This document shows, piece after piece, positions 1 to 13,073 of a stretch of 64,000 nt of DNA. The number at the start of each line of letters is the position of its first letter. Within the stretch, counting starts at the first letter, position 1. The notes under the pieces are model-generated. The model had not been told where the DNA came from. It saw only the letters and a program-made list of their open reading frames with translations, and searched no databases. The position numbers were made by a program, and so were the translations under genes. Location of the stretch: NCBI GenBank assembly GCA_963831865.1, contig CAWHSP010000032.1, positions 1,395 to 65,394 of the forward strand. The letters run 5' to 3'. Origin of the DNA: Candidatus Bathyarchaeota archaeon. Lineage in GTDB: Archaea; Thermoproteota; Bathyarchaeia; Bathyarchaeales; Bathycorpusculaceae.

Positions 1-2544
1 TCAAATGCAGGCACAGGTGCGGGTGCATCGTTATATAAGATAAGAGTCTTACCAGCGAAATTGGTGAAGTCGACAAGTACGTCAGCTCTTTCAGCTGGCC
101 CTAAGAAGCAATCTTTCTCTAAGACGTTCAATACTGTTATGCTTCTGCGGTTGTAGTCGTAGCCTACTGGTCTGTTGGTGATTAATGCTGGTGCCGGTAG
201 GAATCCGCCTTCTGTTCCAATTTGGATCATGGCTGGACCTCTAAGTGCTGGATCTGGGAAACCGCCTGCTCTAGCCGTCTGCTGTTGGATAGTCCGCTGG
301 CCAGGAGCCTGGACTTTGCAGGAAGCATACCAACTTCAGTTAGACGCAGTGTAAATTGTTGCTGTTGCAGTTGCAGTTACGCCGCCTATACCTGTGGGTG
401 GTGAAATAGTGACTGCTGGAACTGTAGTGTAGCCGCTGCCTACGCTTAAAAGCGTAATTGCTGTTACAGCTCCACCTGTCACGGTTGCTGTTGCAAGTGC
501 ACCCGTTCCTCCGCCGCCTGTAATCGTTACAGAAGGAGCATGATGAGTATCCACTTCCGCCTCCAGTAATGTTGATGTCGTTAACGATGCTGGTGGCTTC
601 GATAGATTTGCAGGTTAAGGAAACGGTCGTTGCATGCGTTTAGGATGCGGAATCTGTAGAGTCTTGGTTGAACTATGAGGTAGGGATAGGCATTTCCGTT
701 AACTAAAGGTGTGTCCATGAAAGATTCAGGTACACCTGACGGATTAGGAGTTCCAGGAATAACGTGGTTTTCCCAAGGCGCAGTACCGACGTAGGGGTTA
801 GGTCGTGGTAAGATTTGCACTGTCCATGGAGGGAAGAACCATGGACCATAATCCCATCTGCCACACGCATTCGCACCCGTCACGTCTTTAGGATTCTGGT
901 TTGGCATGTATACATGTGGCCACCAGAGGTCACCTGTAATCGGAGGTCTGAAGCCAGTTAAGGGGCGGTGTGCCGGTTCCCCAGTTCCATGTTGGATCTT
1001 GCAATAAAATGTGGTGGCGTCCACAAACGTTTTGTCTTGAATTATCAGTGGAATTCCAACGTCAAGTCCATTGACGCCAGGAAGAATTTTTGCGTGTGTT
1101 GGGTTTGCACCGGAGTTGTTAGTTTGGTTAATGAAATCTTGTTCCACTGCGTCAGTTAGTACGTAGCCTGCTGCTTCTCCTGCGTAAACATTGAGGCGTG
1201 TTATTCCGTAGGCGTGATCGTGGTAGAACATTAGTCGAGCACTTTGTTGGTTGCTGTAGAAAAATGTTAATGCTCCCTGAGGTTCTGATCCACCATCCAT
1301 GTCAGGTACATACTGTACTGAGACGCCTTTGGGATAAGAGGTGGTTTCTCCCGCAGGAGTAGTCCATTGATGTGGTGTTCCATCGCTGATCCAAATTGTG
1401 TTACCACCGTGAAGATGCAAAGTGGCACGATTCTCGGTGTAGCTACCTCCTGCAGGTCCTGCACCAGCACCCATGTACGTTGTGTCGACTGGTATGAATA
1501 GATTCCCTCCAGTGCCCGTTGGGAGTTTGTTTCTAAATTTAACTCGAACGGGGCGGTTTCTTGAGGCAACAATTATTGGTCCAAGATAATGAATCGGAGC
1601 AACTCGGGCACCGGTACTATCAACCTGAACATAGCCACGCAATTTGGTGAGAGGCAAGTCTGAGTGCATTTTCTCAAAGTATTCCCATAGCTCTATTATG
1701 TAATAGTCAGATCCGGGGTATGTAGTTGTGTCTGCAACGGCAACTGGGATGTACTTCCCAAGATTGTTTTGCCCCGCTGGTCCAAGACCAGGCAGAGAAT
1801 CTACGAATTTGCGGATTCCACCTGTAATCACTGGTGTTCCAGCATTGCTGATGAAAGTTGCAGCTACAACTGCACCTTTGGCTCTTGGACTAGGATCCCT
1901 GAGGGCAACAGTTGGTGCAGAAGTATACCCTGTACCTGCATTCGTAAGTACTAGGGCTATTACAGCTCCTTGCGAAACTCTTGCCGTGGCTGAAGCGCCT
2001 GTTCCACCCCCTCCTCCTGAAAGAATAACAGCTGGAGTCGTGTATCCCGATCCCCCACTTGTAACAGAAAAACCATTAAGAGTAATTCCAGTTCCAAAAC
2101 CACCTGTAACTGTGGGAAGTGGGCTGTTGGCGTAATTGGGAGTATTGCCAAAATAGTCAGGCGTACCGCCTTGAGCTGGAATTACAGTAGGCGCAATAAC
2201 TATTGATTTATCCCTAGCAGCCGCAGCTGCCAATCTATCGGCAGGTGTTACTTTGCCTTTGTAATTCAATTTGGGCTCATCCGAAGAATCAGCTCTTGTG
2301 TTAATACCAGACTTAGAAACTGCAAACGCCACTCCAATAACTGCCGCTCCGCCTGCTGCTACCTTGACAAAACTGCGTCGGGACATTGAGTGAGATGTTG
2401 AATTGTGTCGTCCTAATACTCTTTTGGTTGGTGGTTTTTGTGTTAATTCACGAATTGGAGCACCTGCTGCTGCAGCGCCGCGTTTGAAGAATTCCCTTCT
2501 GAAACATTTTTTTCAGTTTTGTCGGATTCTTGGGGGTTCGACAT
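1..2544 (-). CDS. Tat-exported multicopper oxidase (CotA/FtsP-like) with inserted GSGYT beta-repeat domains; runs off the window at its 3' end; several frameshifts
   Basis: Copper motifs TLHLHGG and MFYHDHAYG; [11 protein letters not shown]; 1-290 reads [12 protein letters not shown]...[14 protein letters not shown]; twin-arginine motif SRRSFVK; upstream ATG at 2544. Confidence 0.85.
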
Positions 2545-2594
2545 GAAAAGTATCCTCTAACTTAGATTCTTTTCCCGTTACGTATTTTAAAATA

Positions 2595-2618
2595 TGTGAC
2601 TGTCAAGTGACACCCACA
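2595..2618. promoter_or_regulatory. 24-bp regulon palindrome upstream of the multicopper oxidase TATA box
   Basis: TGTGACTG-tcaagtga-CACCCACA next to TTTTAAAA. Confidence 0.65.
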
Positions 2619-2887
2619 ACCAAGCAAGGCATCTCTGCACTAAAGGTAGTCAAAAGGGCGCAAGTCACTAACAAATCATGTTTTCGCAAGTTGAATAACA
2701 AAATAATCAGAATAAGCCGATTCAGCTAGTGGCCTAACTTTAACCCATATTAAAATGTTGCTTACCCATGCCCTAAAATAATCATTCACTCCATATTTGT
2801 CTTTACGCCTGATTTGGGGCTTCTTTAGACTTTTTTAGATGTAATTGTTAGTCCGCTGTTATTTGCGGGTGCTGACAATTTAGGTAA

Positions 2888-4628
2888 TTAGGTTCTTTCC
2901 TCATGTTGACGATAGTACTGCGTGGCAGCAGCGCCTTTGGCTCTTGGACTAGGATCTCTAATGCTAACTGTAGGAGATGAAGTATAACCGCTGCCCGGAT
3001 TCGTAAGCACTATGCCAAAGATTACGCCATTTGAAACTCTTGCAGTAGCCGTAGCGCCTGATCCGCCTCCGCCCGTAATGATTACAGCAGGAGTAGTGTA
3101 ACCACTACCACCACTCTGAACATTGAAACCCGTGATTGAAGTTGTTCCAGTCGTAATGTTTACTGTTAATGACGCATTATGATTTAGTGAGCCGTAAGAG
3201 CCTACTATGGTGACGTTGTATGTTCCTGCTTTAGCCCCAGAGGATGTAGTCACGGAAAGCACAGATTTATTTGAACCACCTAAAGGAACAACAACCGAAG
3301 ATGAATTGAGTGATGCAGTCCAACCTGAAGGAGGGTACGCTGAAAGAGAAACTTTGCCAGCGAAACCGTTAACAGATGTGACTGTGATGTTGGAATTACC
3401 CAAAGACCCATTCCGCACTGATATTGTAGATGGGGATGATGAAATAGAAAAGTCAGAGCCGATTCCGGTTGTAAAGTTCCAGGTCATGGGGCTGCCTAAG
3501 CCAGTCACTAGGTCGTAGCCTGGAGCTGCTAAGTATGCACCGTTTGATCCTGAAGTGATGTCTCTGAAGTATGTTGGGCTGTTCCATTTTGCATCTTGGT
3601 ACAGGTTGTTGCTTGACACTGAAAGTCCAAGAGAATGTATAGCTGCCCATTGCGGAGCGCCTGCGCTTGTTCCGCCAACTTGGAACCAGCCGGTTTGCCC
3701 ATTGTAAGCAGTTGTGTCATATACCGGGAAGCCTGATGCTGGATCTGCGTCGTAAGAAACATCGGGAATGCCCCGTTTGCCATTTACTCCTGAGATGTTA
3801 TAGGTTATTTGATATTGAGGTTCTGATTCGTAAGCACTTATGCCGCCGCCGCTGCCGCTCCAAGCCGTTTCTGAAGAAACTGTTCCATCAGGGTTAAGCC
3901 TTAGGGATGTCCCGCCAACTGCGACTACATTCGATGAAGAGGAAGGCCAGATTACACCAGATCCGCTGTCTCCTGAAGAGGAAAAGAAGACAACGCCATG
4001 ATTGCTGGTAAAATAGGAATTCAAAGTGCTTTCACCTATAAACTCAGGTCCACCCCAACTCATAGATACTGCAACCACATCAGCGCGATTTGTGGCGTAA
4101 CTAACTGCCGCAAGAAGATCAGCCAATGAGTTACTTTGGGCCTCCACCAGAAGTATTGTTGCGTTTGGAGCTATCGCGTGAGCCCACTGCACGTCAAGCG
4201 ATATCTCAAGTGCCCAACCAGCATCCACTGCAATGTTTGGGGTCATTTTGTGTACTTGAAAGTTTGTGGTCGGTAACCCGAATTGGTTACTGAATGTGAT
4301 AAAGTCATTTTGAACTGTTGGGCAATCGTAGGCATCGACTAATAGCAATTGTTCCGTTGCCGCCTTTCGCAGGAAGGTTGTAGACTTTCCGAATCTGGGT
4401 TGGAGTTAAACCTGTTGGACTTATAGTTGCGAGGGTTACGCCTTCTGGGGTTTTTCCCGCAGGTGAGTAAAGGTGAAACCACGTGTTTGCTGTCCAGCTG
4501 TCAGCGGGAGATGTTGACGCTACCGGGGATATTTCTGGAAAGGTTACGGCAAGTATAAGCGCAACAAGAAGAATAACTACGCAGGTTTGGGTTCTCTTTG
4601 TCAAAAGCAACATATTTTCAACTCTCAA
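2888..4628 (-). CDS. Secreted S53 (sedolisin/kumamolisin-like) serine peptidase with C-terminal Ig-like and GSGYT domains; frameshift near 4340
   Basis: EISLDVQW (Glu/Asp), SSGDSG oxyanion motif, GGTSAGAP catalytic Ser, [10 protein letters not shown]; signal peptide in the 4305..4628 ORF. Confidence 0.9.
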
Positions 4629-5116
4629 TAGTTTCTGTTAACCTCGAATTAACTTTTCAGATTCCAAGTAATTTCTTGTAACCAAAGTCTTGAGTCTCCA
4701 TGTAATAAAACCTTCTATAGCTTCTTTATGCAATTTAATCATTAAGCTTAGATCTACTTCATCAATCAGCTATATCCAGGACAAAATACTGCGCCATGAT
4801 CAACCAGGAATTTCTGAAACCTACAAGCAGATTCTGAAAAATAAAGATGCACTAAAGGCGTTGTTCCGATGCTTTGTACTTCTTTTCTTGTTTTGCGAGT
4901 TCTAGCAATTCGTCTAGCAAATTAGGTTGCGGTTTCAAAGACAAAAACAAATGGTGCCAACATGATTAATCCCGTAACAGGAGCGGATCAGGCCCAAAAA
5001 TCCAAAATACCAGCAAGATCAATACATAAGCTATAATTTTGTATGCAAGGTCTCTCACACTTAGACTCGCTCCACTTCGAAAAAATTGAAGCGAAAGAAG
5101 TCTTATTGTTCGGCGC

Positions 5117-5439
5117 CTAGGCAGTTTTACTTTGACGGATATTTCTTCGGATATTTGCTCTCTAGTTTTGCCATCGGTAGGTATTCCAAGCCGCTGAGCA
5201 GTCTCAAGCAACATCTCATCCTTACTCTTTATTGCAGGAGCAGATCGCTGTTCAACAACAACAGAGCTAGTCATAGCAGCAGACGAAGTTGCAGCATCAG
5301 TAAACTCTTTCTGCGCCTTACTAAACTCACCCTTAGCCCTACCTAAAGACTTAGCAAACTCTGGAATCTTCGCAGGACCCCACATAATAATAACAATCGC
5401 AACAACACCGATGATAATCCATTCCCATCCTTCAAGCAT
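5117..5439 (-). CDS. tatA: Twin-arginine translocase TatA/E subunit; true stop probably near 5117 after a frameshift
   Basis: GWEWIII...MWGPAKIPEFAKSLGRAKGEF. Confidence 0.9.
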
Positions 5440-5507
5440 TCTTAAACAGATACTCCTTGAATTGTTTGTTTAGCTTATTTCTTACCCCGTATTTTAATAA
5501 ATAGCTT

Positions 5508-5531
5508 TGTTGTTGTGCGCTACCAGTCACA
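5508..5531. promoter_or_regulatory. 24-bp regulon palindrome upstream of the tatA TATA box
   Basis: TGTTGTTG-tgcgctac-CAGTCACA, 4 nt from TATTTATT on the minus strand. Confidence 0.65.
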
Positions 5532-5790
5532 ATCGCTTGTCAACTTGTTAATTACAGAAGTTGGAAAACGTGAAACGCCCAAAATAATATTGTAAAGCAT
5601 CACCAAATTCGCTTACACAAGTTTTTACGCTTATTATTCAGACTCTACCCAATGCGCCACAGGAGCAGAGCTTTCTGCCTTGCTGTCCAACCATATCGTC
5701 AGTAGCTTTTCTTTACTCACAGCAAAGGAAAAATTTACTCAAAACTTATAAGCAATTTTGAGGCAAATAGCTCCGTGAGCAATACAATAC

Positions 5791-8437
5791 TTGCTCAAAA
5801 TCAAATATGGAGAGAGAAAATTGAATATTTCAAGAAAAAAAGCAAACTTTGCAGTAATATCCCTTTTGATATTCTTAATGGCTTCAACCGCAATATTTAC
5901 ATCACCAACTAAAGCAGCAGGAATAACCGCCGGCAACCCTCAAGGAATAGTTGTTACCGGCACAACGGGACCTTTACCCAGCGGAATCATACCAGACGGA
6001 ACAGCCGCAACAACATCCTATCTAAGTGTTAGTCCCTCTAAAATAGGCTTAACTCAACCAATACTAGTCAACATGTGGATTCAGCCCCCACCAAACGCAG
6101 TCAGATCACTCAAAGACTACACTGTAACCCTTAACAAAACCAGATAAAACCACCGAAACAATTGGCCCGCTAAACTCATACCCAGCCGACTCAACAGCAT
6201 GGTTCACCTATGAACCTGACCAGATAGGCAATTGGTCTGCATCCTTCACCTTCCCAGGACAATACCTACCAGCCGGATTCTACCTTGCAGGAGTACTAGT
6301 CGCATACCCCAATGGAACAAGGCTCGCAGGAGCCCCAGCAACCGGAGGAACAAACCTTACCTCAACCTACTATCAAGCCTCAACAAGCAAAACAATAAAC
6401 TTTGAAGTACAAACTGACCTAGTTGCCTCATGGCCAACAGCACCACTCCCAACAAGCTATTGGGCACGACCAATTTCAGTCAACTTCCGAGAATGGTGGC
6501 AGATCGCAGGAAGTTATCCATGGGGATACGCCAACAACTACAGATTCCAAGGACCATACGTTACAGCACCAAACACAGCACACGTTATTTGGAGACGCGC
6601 AGGTGAACTAGGCGGCATTGTAGGCGGCGACGTAGCAGAAAGAGGAGGCGGAGGCGTTCAAACATCAATCTACAGCGGAGGAGGATTCGGCATGGACACA
6701 AACTTCCCAAGCATAATCTTCATGGGCAGATGCTACCAAACAATAACAAAACCAATGATGCAATTAGTAAACGGCTCAGAAGTAATGTTACCTACAAGCG
6801 TTTGGCAATGCTATGATTTACGAACAGGACAAATCTACTGGGAACAAACAGGCATAACGATGGTACCAACTAGAATCATGTGGGAAGCAGCCACTCCAGA
6901 AGTAGCAGGAGCAGAATCCGACTGGAGATCAGCACCAGCACTAGTTTACATTAGCGCTAACCGATTAGTAAAGTACAATCCATTCACAGGCGCTGCAAGC
7001 ACAAACGTATCCATTCCTTTCACGGGCACGGTGTGGGGAAACGAGAAAGTCTACAGTGTACAAACCACAGGGGTAACAGCTGATCCATACCGCTTAGTTA
7101 TCTGGAACCTAACTGGAAGCAGCACAGACTTTAGCACCAGAGTAATGAGCAACGTAAGCTATCCATTCGCCAGCTTAGGCACTGCCGATTTCAACACTGG
7201 CATAGCAGTTACAAGAGGCACAGTTTCAACCGCAGGCACACAAATTTCAACATTCCTACAGGGCGTCGATCTAACAACAGGAAAACTACTTTGGAACGTA
7301 ACTTCAAGTCTCACATACTTTGAAGACCAAATGGCTGACAACGGAATGTACGCAGCATCAACGCAGACAGAGAGGCAATGGGCAGCATGGGACCTTAGAA
7401 CAGGCAAACAAGCATGGGTAAGTGAGCAAACAGGAGATCCATGGGGATGCTTCTGGTCATACTCTGCTGAATCAGGCTACGGCTTAATATACACACAAAC
7501 CTACGACGGAGTCTACGCCATAGACTGGAAAACGGGAAAAATAGCTTGGCACTTCATATCACCAACACCCTACGCATTCGAAACACCGTACACAACTGAC
7601 GGCATCAACCAATACTCATTCTTCGGATCAGCAGGCGTTAGCGTCGGAGACGGAAAAATCTTCGTGTTCAGCAACGAACACACCCCCTCACAACCCATGA
7701 CCAGAGGCTGGAAAATGTACGCACTTAACGCTACCACTGGCACAAACATATGGAACATAACCGGATACATGACCCCAGGAGCATTCGCCGACGGCTATCT
7801 AACAGCTGGCAGCGGATACGACGGCTTTACGTACGTTTTCGGCCCAAGCAAAAGCGCAACAACCGTAACAGCACCACAAACCGAAGTAACAGCCGGAACA
7901 AGCGTATTAATCCAAGGAACCGTAATGGATCAATCCCCAGGCACACTTCCATCCACCACTTCACCAGCAGGCACAGCTTCAGAAGCAGAGCCAAAACTTG
8001 CATGTGTATCTGATGAATCAATGAGCGCATACATGGAATACATTTACATGCAAATGCCAATCCCAACTAACGTCACAGTAACTGGAGTCCCAGTTAACTT
8101 GGTAGCCACAGACCCAAATGGAAACAGCGTTAACATAGGCACCGCAACAAGCGATATGACCGGCACCTTCCAATACGCATGGACACCAACAACAGCAGGA
8201 CTTTACAAAATCACAGCCGTTTTCGCAGGAACACCATCCTACGGTAGCTCAGTCGCAACGACAGGTTTGACAGTCGGCTCGGCAGCCGCAGCACCAACAC
8301 CAGCGACTACAACAACTGTAAGTGCGGTGGCAACAGAAGCCTCATTGATGACTTACATAGCGATAGCAGCAGTTGCAATAATCATTACAATCATTGCAGC
8401 CACAGTTGTTATGCTCAAATTCGGCAGACAAAAATAA
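5791..8437 (+). CDS. Membrane-anchored PQQ-binding-like beta-propeller surface protein (Bathyarchaeia-typical); frameshift near 6135
   Basis: Signal peptide; repeats such as YALNATTGTNIW and AIDWKTGKIAW; CVSDESMSAYMEYIYMQ and DPNGN motifs; C-terminal TM helix. Confidence 0.85.
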
Positions 8438-8709
8438 TCGCATAAAAAACCAACTATCTTTCTTCTTTTTTTGTTCAAAATAGATACATAACTTTACTGA
8501 CAGTTGCCTGATAACGCAAATCCTCTTTTGTACAAAAAAATCTTCAGAAAGGCTTTCTACAAACAAAGGTAAACGCAAGAAATATTTGAGTTTCAGTTTA
8601 ACCAGTAAGCAAATAAACTTATGACTACAATATCTTCTGAAAACAAAGAAAAACCTACATCAGATATTGAGCATTAATCTGACTAAGAAACAACTCGGGA
8701 GTTAATTAA

Positions 8710-9924
8710 ATGAAGTTTATACTCGTTGTTGGAGACGGAATGGCTGATTACCCGGTTCCTGAATTGGGAAACAAAACTCCGCTTCAAGCAGCATACAAAC
8801 CAAACATGGATTCAATCGCAGCCCAAGGCAGAAGCGGTCTAATCAAAACGGTTCCTAACGAGTTAAATCCAGGTTCAGACGCCGCCATATGCTCAGTTCT
8901 AGGTTACGACCCCCGCATATACTGCACTGGCAGAGGCCCACTCGAAGCACCTTCCAGAGGCATAAAACTTGCAGAAAAGGACGCGGCATACCGATGTAAC
9001 TTGATAACTGAGAAAGATGGAGCCATCCTTGATTACTCTGCTGGACACATAACAACTGAAGAATCATCTAAACTCATAGGTGCTGTAAATGACGCTTTTG
9101 GGAAAAAGGGCGAAATTGAATTCTACACAGGTCTTGATTACAGACACTTTTTGATACTGCGAGACTTTCAAAACCCCGAGCTTATCGTTTGCACTCCGCC
9201 ACATGACGCTACAGGAATAAGTGTTTCAGCGGTACTGCCAAAAGCCAAGTCGCCAGAAGCAGAAAAAACCGCGCAATTACTAAGAGATTTAGTTAACGGT
9301 TCCCGCAATATTCTGCAGTCTCATGCTGTAAACATTGCACGGGAGAAAGCGGGCAAACGACCAGGTAACTTAATTTGGCCTTGGGGCGGAGGCAAAAAGC
9401 CATCCATGCCGACTCTGAAAGAAAAGTATGGGTTGAAATCTGCAGTTATATCTGCGGTTGATTTGGTGAAGGGAATCGGCACTTACGCCGGAATGGAAAT
9501 CATCAATGTCCCCGGAGCCACAGGAATGTATGACACTAACTATGAGGGCAAAGCAGACGCCGCATTGAAAGCTCTTCAAAGCAATGATTTGGTTTTTGTT
9601 CATGTGGAAGCGCCAGACGAAGCCGGACACTGCAAAGACTACACATTAAAAGTAAAAACCATCGAAGACCTAGACAAAAGACTGCTCGGCAGAATTCTTA
9701 ACGGCATAAGTGAGCCATACGCAATTGCAATACTGCCTGATCATCCCACACCGATAAAAATCGGAACCCACTCAAGAGACCCAGTGCCCTTCGCAATCAA
9801 ATCGCCAAATCTAAAACCTGACGGAGTCAAAAAGTTTGATGAGTTCTCTGCAAGAAAAGGAGCGTACGGACTAGTCGAAAATGATTACCTAATTTCTCTT
9901 CTTATTTCTTCTTTCAAACGTTAA
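8710..9924 (+). CDS. apgM: Cofactor-independent phosphoglycerate mutase
   Basis: GDGMAD, PGSD, HVEAPDEAGH, PDHPTP, HSRDPVP motifs. Confidence 0.92.
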   Translation: MKFILVVGDGMADYPVPELGNKTPLQAAYKPNMDSIAAQGRSGLIKTVPNELNPGSDAAICSVLGYDPRIYCTGRGPLEAPSRGIKLAEKDAAYRCNLITEKDGAILDYSAGHITTEESSKLIGAVNDAFGKKGEIEFYTGLDYRHFLILRDFQNPELIVCTPPHDATGISVSAVLPKAKSPEAEKTAQLLRDLVNGSRNILQSHAVNIAREKAGKRPGNLIWPWGGGKKPSMPTLKEKYGLKSAVISAVDLVKGIGTYAGMEIINVPGATGMYDTNYEGKADAALKALQSNDLVFVHVEAPDEAGHCKDYTLKVKTIEDLDKRLLGRILNGISEPYAIAILPDHPTPIKIGTHSRDPVPFAIKSPNLKPDGVKKFDEFSARKGAYGLVENDYLISLLISSFKR

Positions 9925-10112
9925 ATCAAAGTGCTACTTAGTCACTTAATCAGATTTTCTTGTTTGAGTCATTAAGCTGCACCTATTTGTCAACTTTTTT
10001 CCCTATTCAAGAGAAAACAACGGAGCAATACGTCAAATCAATCAGGCAAAATTATGAGGCTTTTATTCTAAAGAGTTAAAGCACTCCTTTTGCAGCTATC
10101 TAAATAAAGAAA

Positions 10113-13008
10113 ATGCAGATTGACAAGTCAACTTCTGTTTTCGAATTACTCGCTAAACCTGTCCAAAAAGCACTAGCAAAGCTTGGCTTTTCTGAGCCAA
10201 CATTACCCCAGACTCTGGCGTTTCCTCCAATTCTTGAGGGAAAGAATGTTCTTTTGATTGCGCCAACTGGCACTGGGAAAACAGAAGCTGTGCTTCTCCC
10301 CGTATTCTCCCGTCTAATTGAAGAGAAAAATCAAGAGCAAACCGGTATACAGGTAATTTATATCACGCCGCTTCGTGCGTTGAACCGTGACATGTTCAAG
10401 CGATTAACACTTTGGAGCGAACAATTAGGCATTACCATTGAAGTACGGCATGGCGACACAGAAATGAAAATCCGAAGAAAACAAGCACGTCAACCTCCAC
10501 AAATGCTAGTTACTACCCCTGAAACACTGCAGGCAATTCTTCCTGGGTCTCAAATGCGCCGTCACCTAAGTAATGTGCAATACGTAATAATTGATGAAGT
10601 TCATGATTTAGCTGAAAGCAAACGAGGAGCGCAGTTGGCAATAGCGCTTGAACGCGTCTTTGAAGTAACAGGTAAAGAGTTTCAAAGAATTGGCTTATCA
10701 GCAACTGTAGGCAATCCTGAAGAAGTGGCAAAGTTTATTGCAGGAACTCACAGGGAAATCGACATTGTACAAGCTGTTTTAGCCAAGAACTACCGCTACC
10801 GAGTAGAATATTTAACGCCAACAGAAAAAGACTACGAGCTAGCGGCTAAACTGGAAACAACTCCTGAAGCCTCAGCTAGAATCCGTCGATTAACCGAGCT
10901 CATAGACAACCATAAATCCACTCTGGTTTTTGTGAACAGCCGAACAATCGCCGAGTTGCTCGGGCACAGATTTGACCAACTAAACCGAAATGACGTATCC
11001 GTGCATCATGGTTCGCTTTCGAAAGGAAGAACGCACTAGCATAGAGGACGCTTTCAAGGCTGGAACACTCAAGGCAATTATCTGCACAAGCACATTAGAG
11101 CTGGGCATTGACATTGGCAATGTAGATTTAGTTATTCAATACATGTCGCCAAGGCAAGTCAGCAGCTTAATCCAACGGGTCGGTAGAAGCGGCCACAGTC
11201 TTGAACGGCTCTCAGAAGGAGTCATCCTCACTGCTTACCCCGATGACACATTAGAATCCATAGCAGCTGTAGAAAACGCCACCAAAATCAGGCTTGAACC
11301 AGTGCTGATACACAAAAACGCCCTGGACGTTTTGGCTCATCAAATTGCAGGCATCCTTATGGATAAACAAAGCATAAGCCAAACTGAACTTTTTAAAATA
11401 ATCAATCGAGCTTACCCATACAGCACCCTAAGTACTAAGCAGCTTGAGGATGTAATTGGTTTTTTAGAGAGCCTACGCAACCTTAGATTGGAAGAAGAAG
11501 ACAAAGTCTTGAAGAAAACAGGAAGAACCCGCGAATACTATTACAGCAACCTATCAATGATACCTGACGAGAAACGCTACCCCGTAATCAACGTTCTAAC
11601 TGACAGAAAAATCGGCACTTTAGGCGACGAATTCATGACCCTGCACGCACGAGTAGGACTGCATTTTATTATGCGGGGAAAAGTCTGGCGCATAGTCCAG
11701 ATAATTGATGAAACAGGAACAGTACATGTTATTCCAGCGGAAGATCCATCAGCCGCAATTCCAGGGTGGGATGGAGAAATCCTACCGGTGCCTTTTGGTT
11801 TAGCGCAGCAGACAGGGGAAATGCGAGAGAAAATCGGGAAATTGACTTAAGGAGGGCAAGAAACCTGAGGATGCAGCTGACGATATTGGCTGTTGAATTG
11901 AAGACTGACAAAGCAACACTTCTGGAAGCTGCACTGGAAATTGACGAACACCTCAAAACAGGAACACCGTTGCCTACGCAAAACCGCATAGTTATAGAAA
12001 CATTGGATCGATATGTTGTTGTTCACGCATGTTTCGGCGAGCTTGTTAACCGAACACTAGGCGGAATCTTTGATTCAGTTCTGTCTGAACGCGAGGCAAT
12101 CACCGGATGGTGGACAGACGGATACCGGATCCTGCTAGAAACCACTCATAAACTTTCTAAACTAGAAGCTGAAGGCTTGCCAAGAGAACTCTTCGATTTA
12201 ACTGACCAGCGAATTGATGAAGCTTTTTTGAATTATGTTAACTCCAAATTTCCATTCGTGGCAAGGATGAAAGCTATTGCTGAAAGATTCGGAGCTATTC
12301 CGAGGGGAAAAACTTTAGCTATGTCTGAGCGGGGAGAAAAGCTTAAGGCGGCTTTCGAGGGCACACCGATTTATGATGAAACTTTGCGAGAAGCCATGAT
12401 GGACAAAGTGGATCTGCCAAAAGTCAAAGAAATAATACAAGAAATAAAAAATGGAAAAGTAAATGTAAGCGCAGTTGTGCATGAAAAGCCGTCGCCTCTT
12501 GCATATCACATTTTGATGCAGTACGCTGACACTGCAGAGTTGATGGCGCCCGAACATGTAGTTCCTAAGCAACATTGACAGAATGAAACACTCAATTGAA
12601 GTTCGAAGCGCAAAGCTGCTATGCATGAACTGCGGAACATGGACAACACAGATGCGAATAAAAGACCTGCCTGATGAACCGCAATGCAAAAACTGCAATT
12701 CACGTTTGCTCACACTCCTTTATCCAAGCCAAGACGTAGAAAAGTTGAAGGGAGATTTGAGGAAACGTCGTGAAGACAAGGAACTAACTCCTGAAGAACT
12801 AAAAGAACTAAGCAACGCCAGACGCAAAGCTGACTTAGTGCTTAGCTATGGTAAACAGGCAATTCGAGCATTGCAGGTGAAAGGGGTTGGCCCTGAAACG
12901 GCTTCGCGGATTTTAGGTAGGATGCATCCGCAGGAGGAGCAGTTTTATTTAGATTTGCTTAAGGCGAAGATTCAGTATTTACGCACAAGAGAATTCTGGG
13001 ACAAATAG
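10113..13008 (+). CDS. lhr: Lhr-family SF2 helicase with C-terminal Cys-rich zinc ribbon; split into four ORFs by frameshifts
   Basis: APTGTGKT, TPLRALNRD, DEVH, LSAT, HHGSLS, LELGIDIG, QRVGRSGH, CMNC..CKNC. Confidence 0.9.
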
Positions 13009-13073
13009 GGTTTTGGTGATTGTAAGGTTTTATATGTCATTTGTTTGAATGTTTCGTTTAGCTGTGGTCACAG

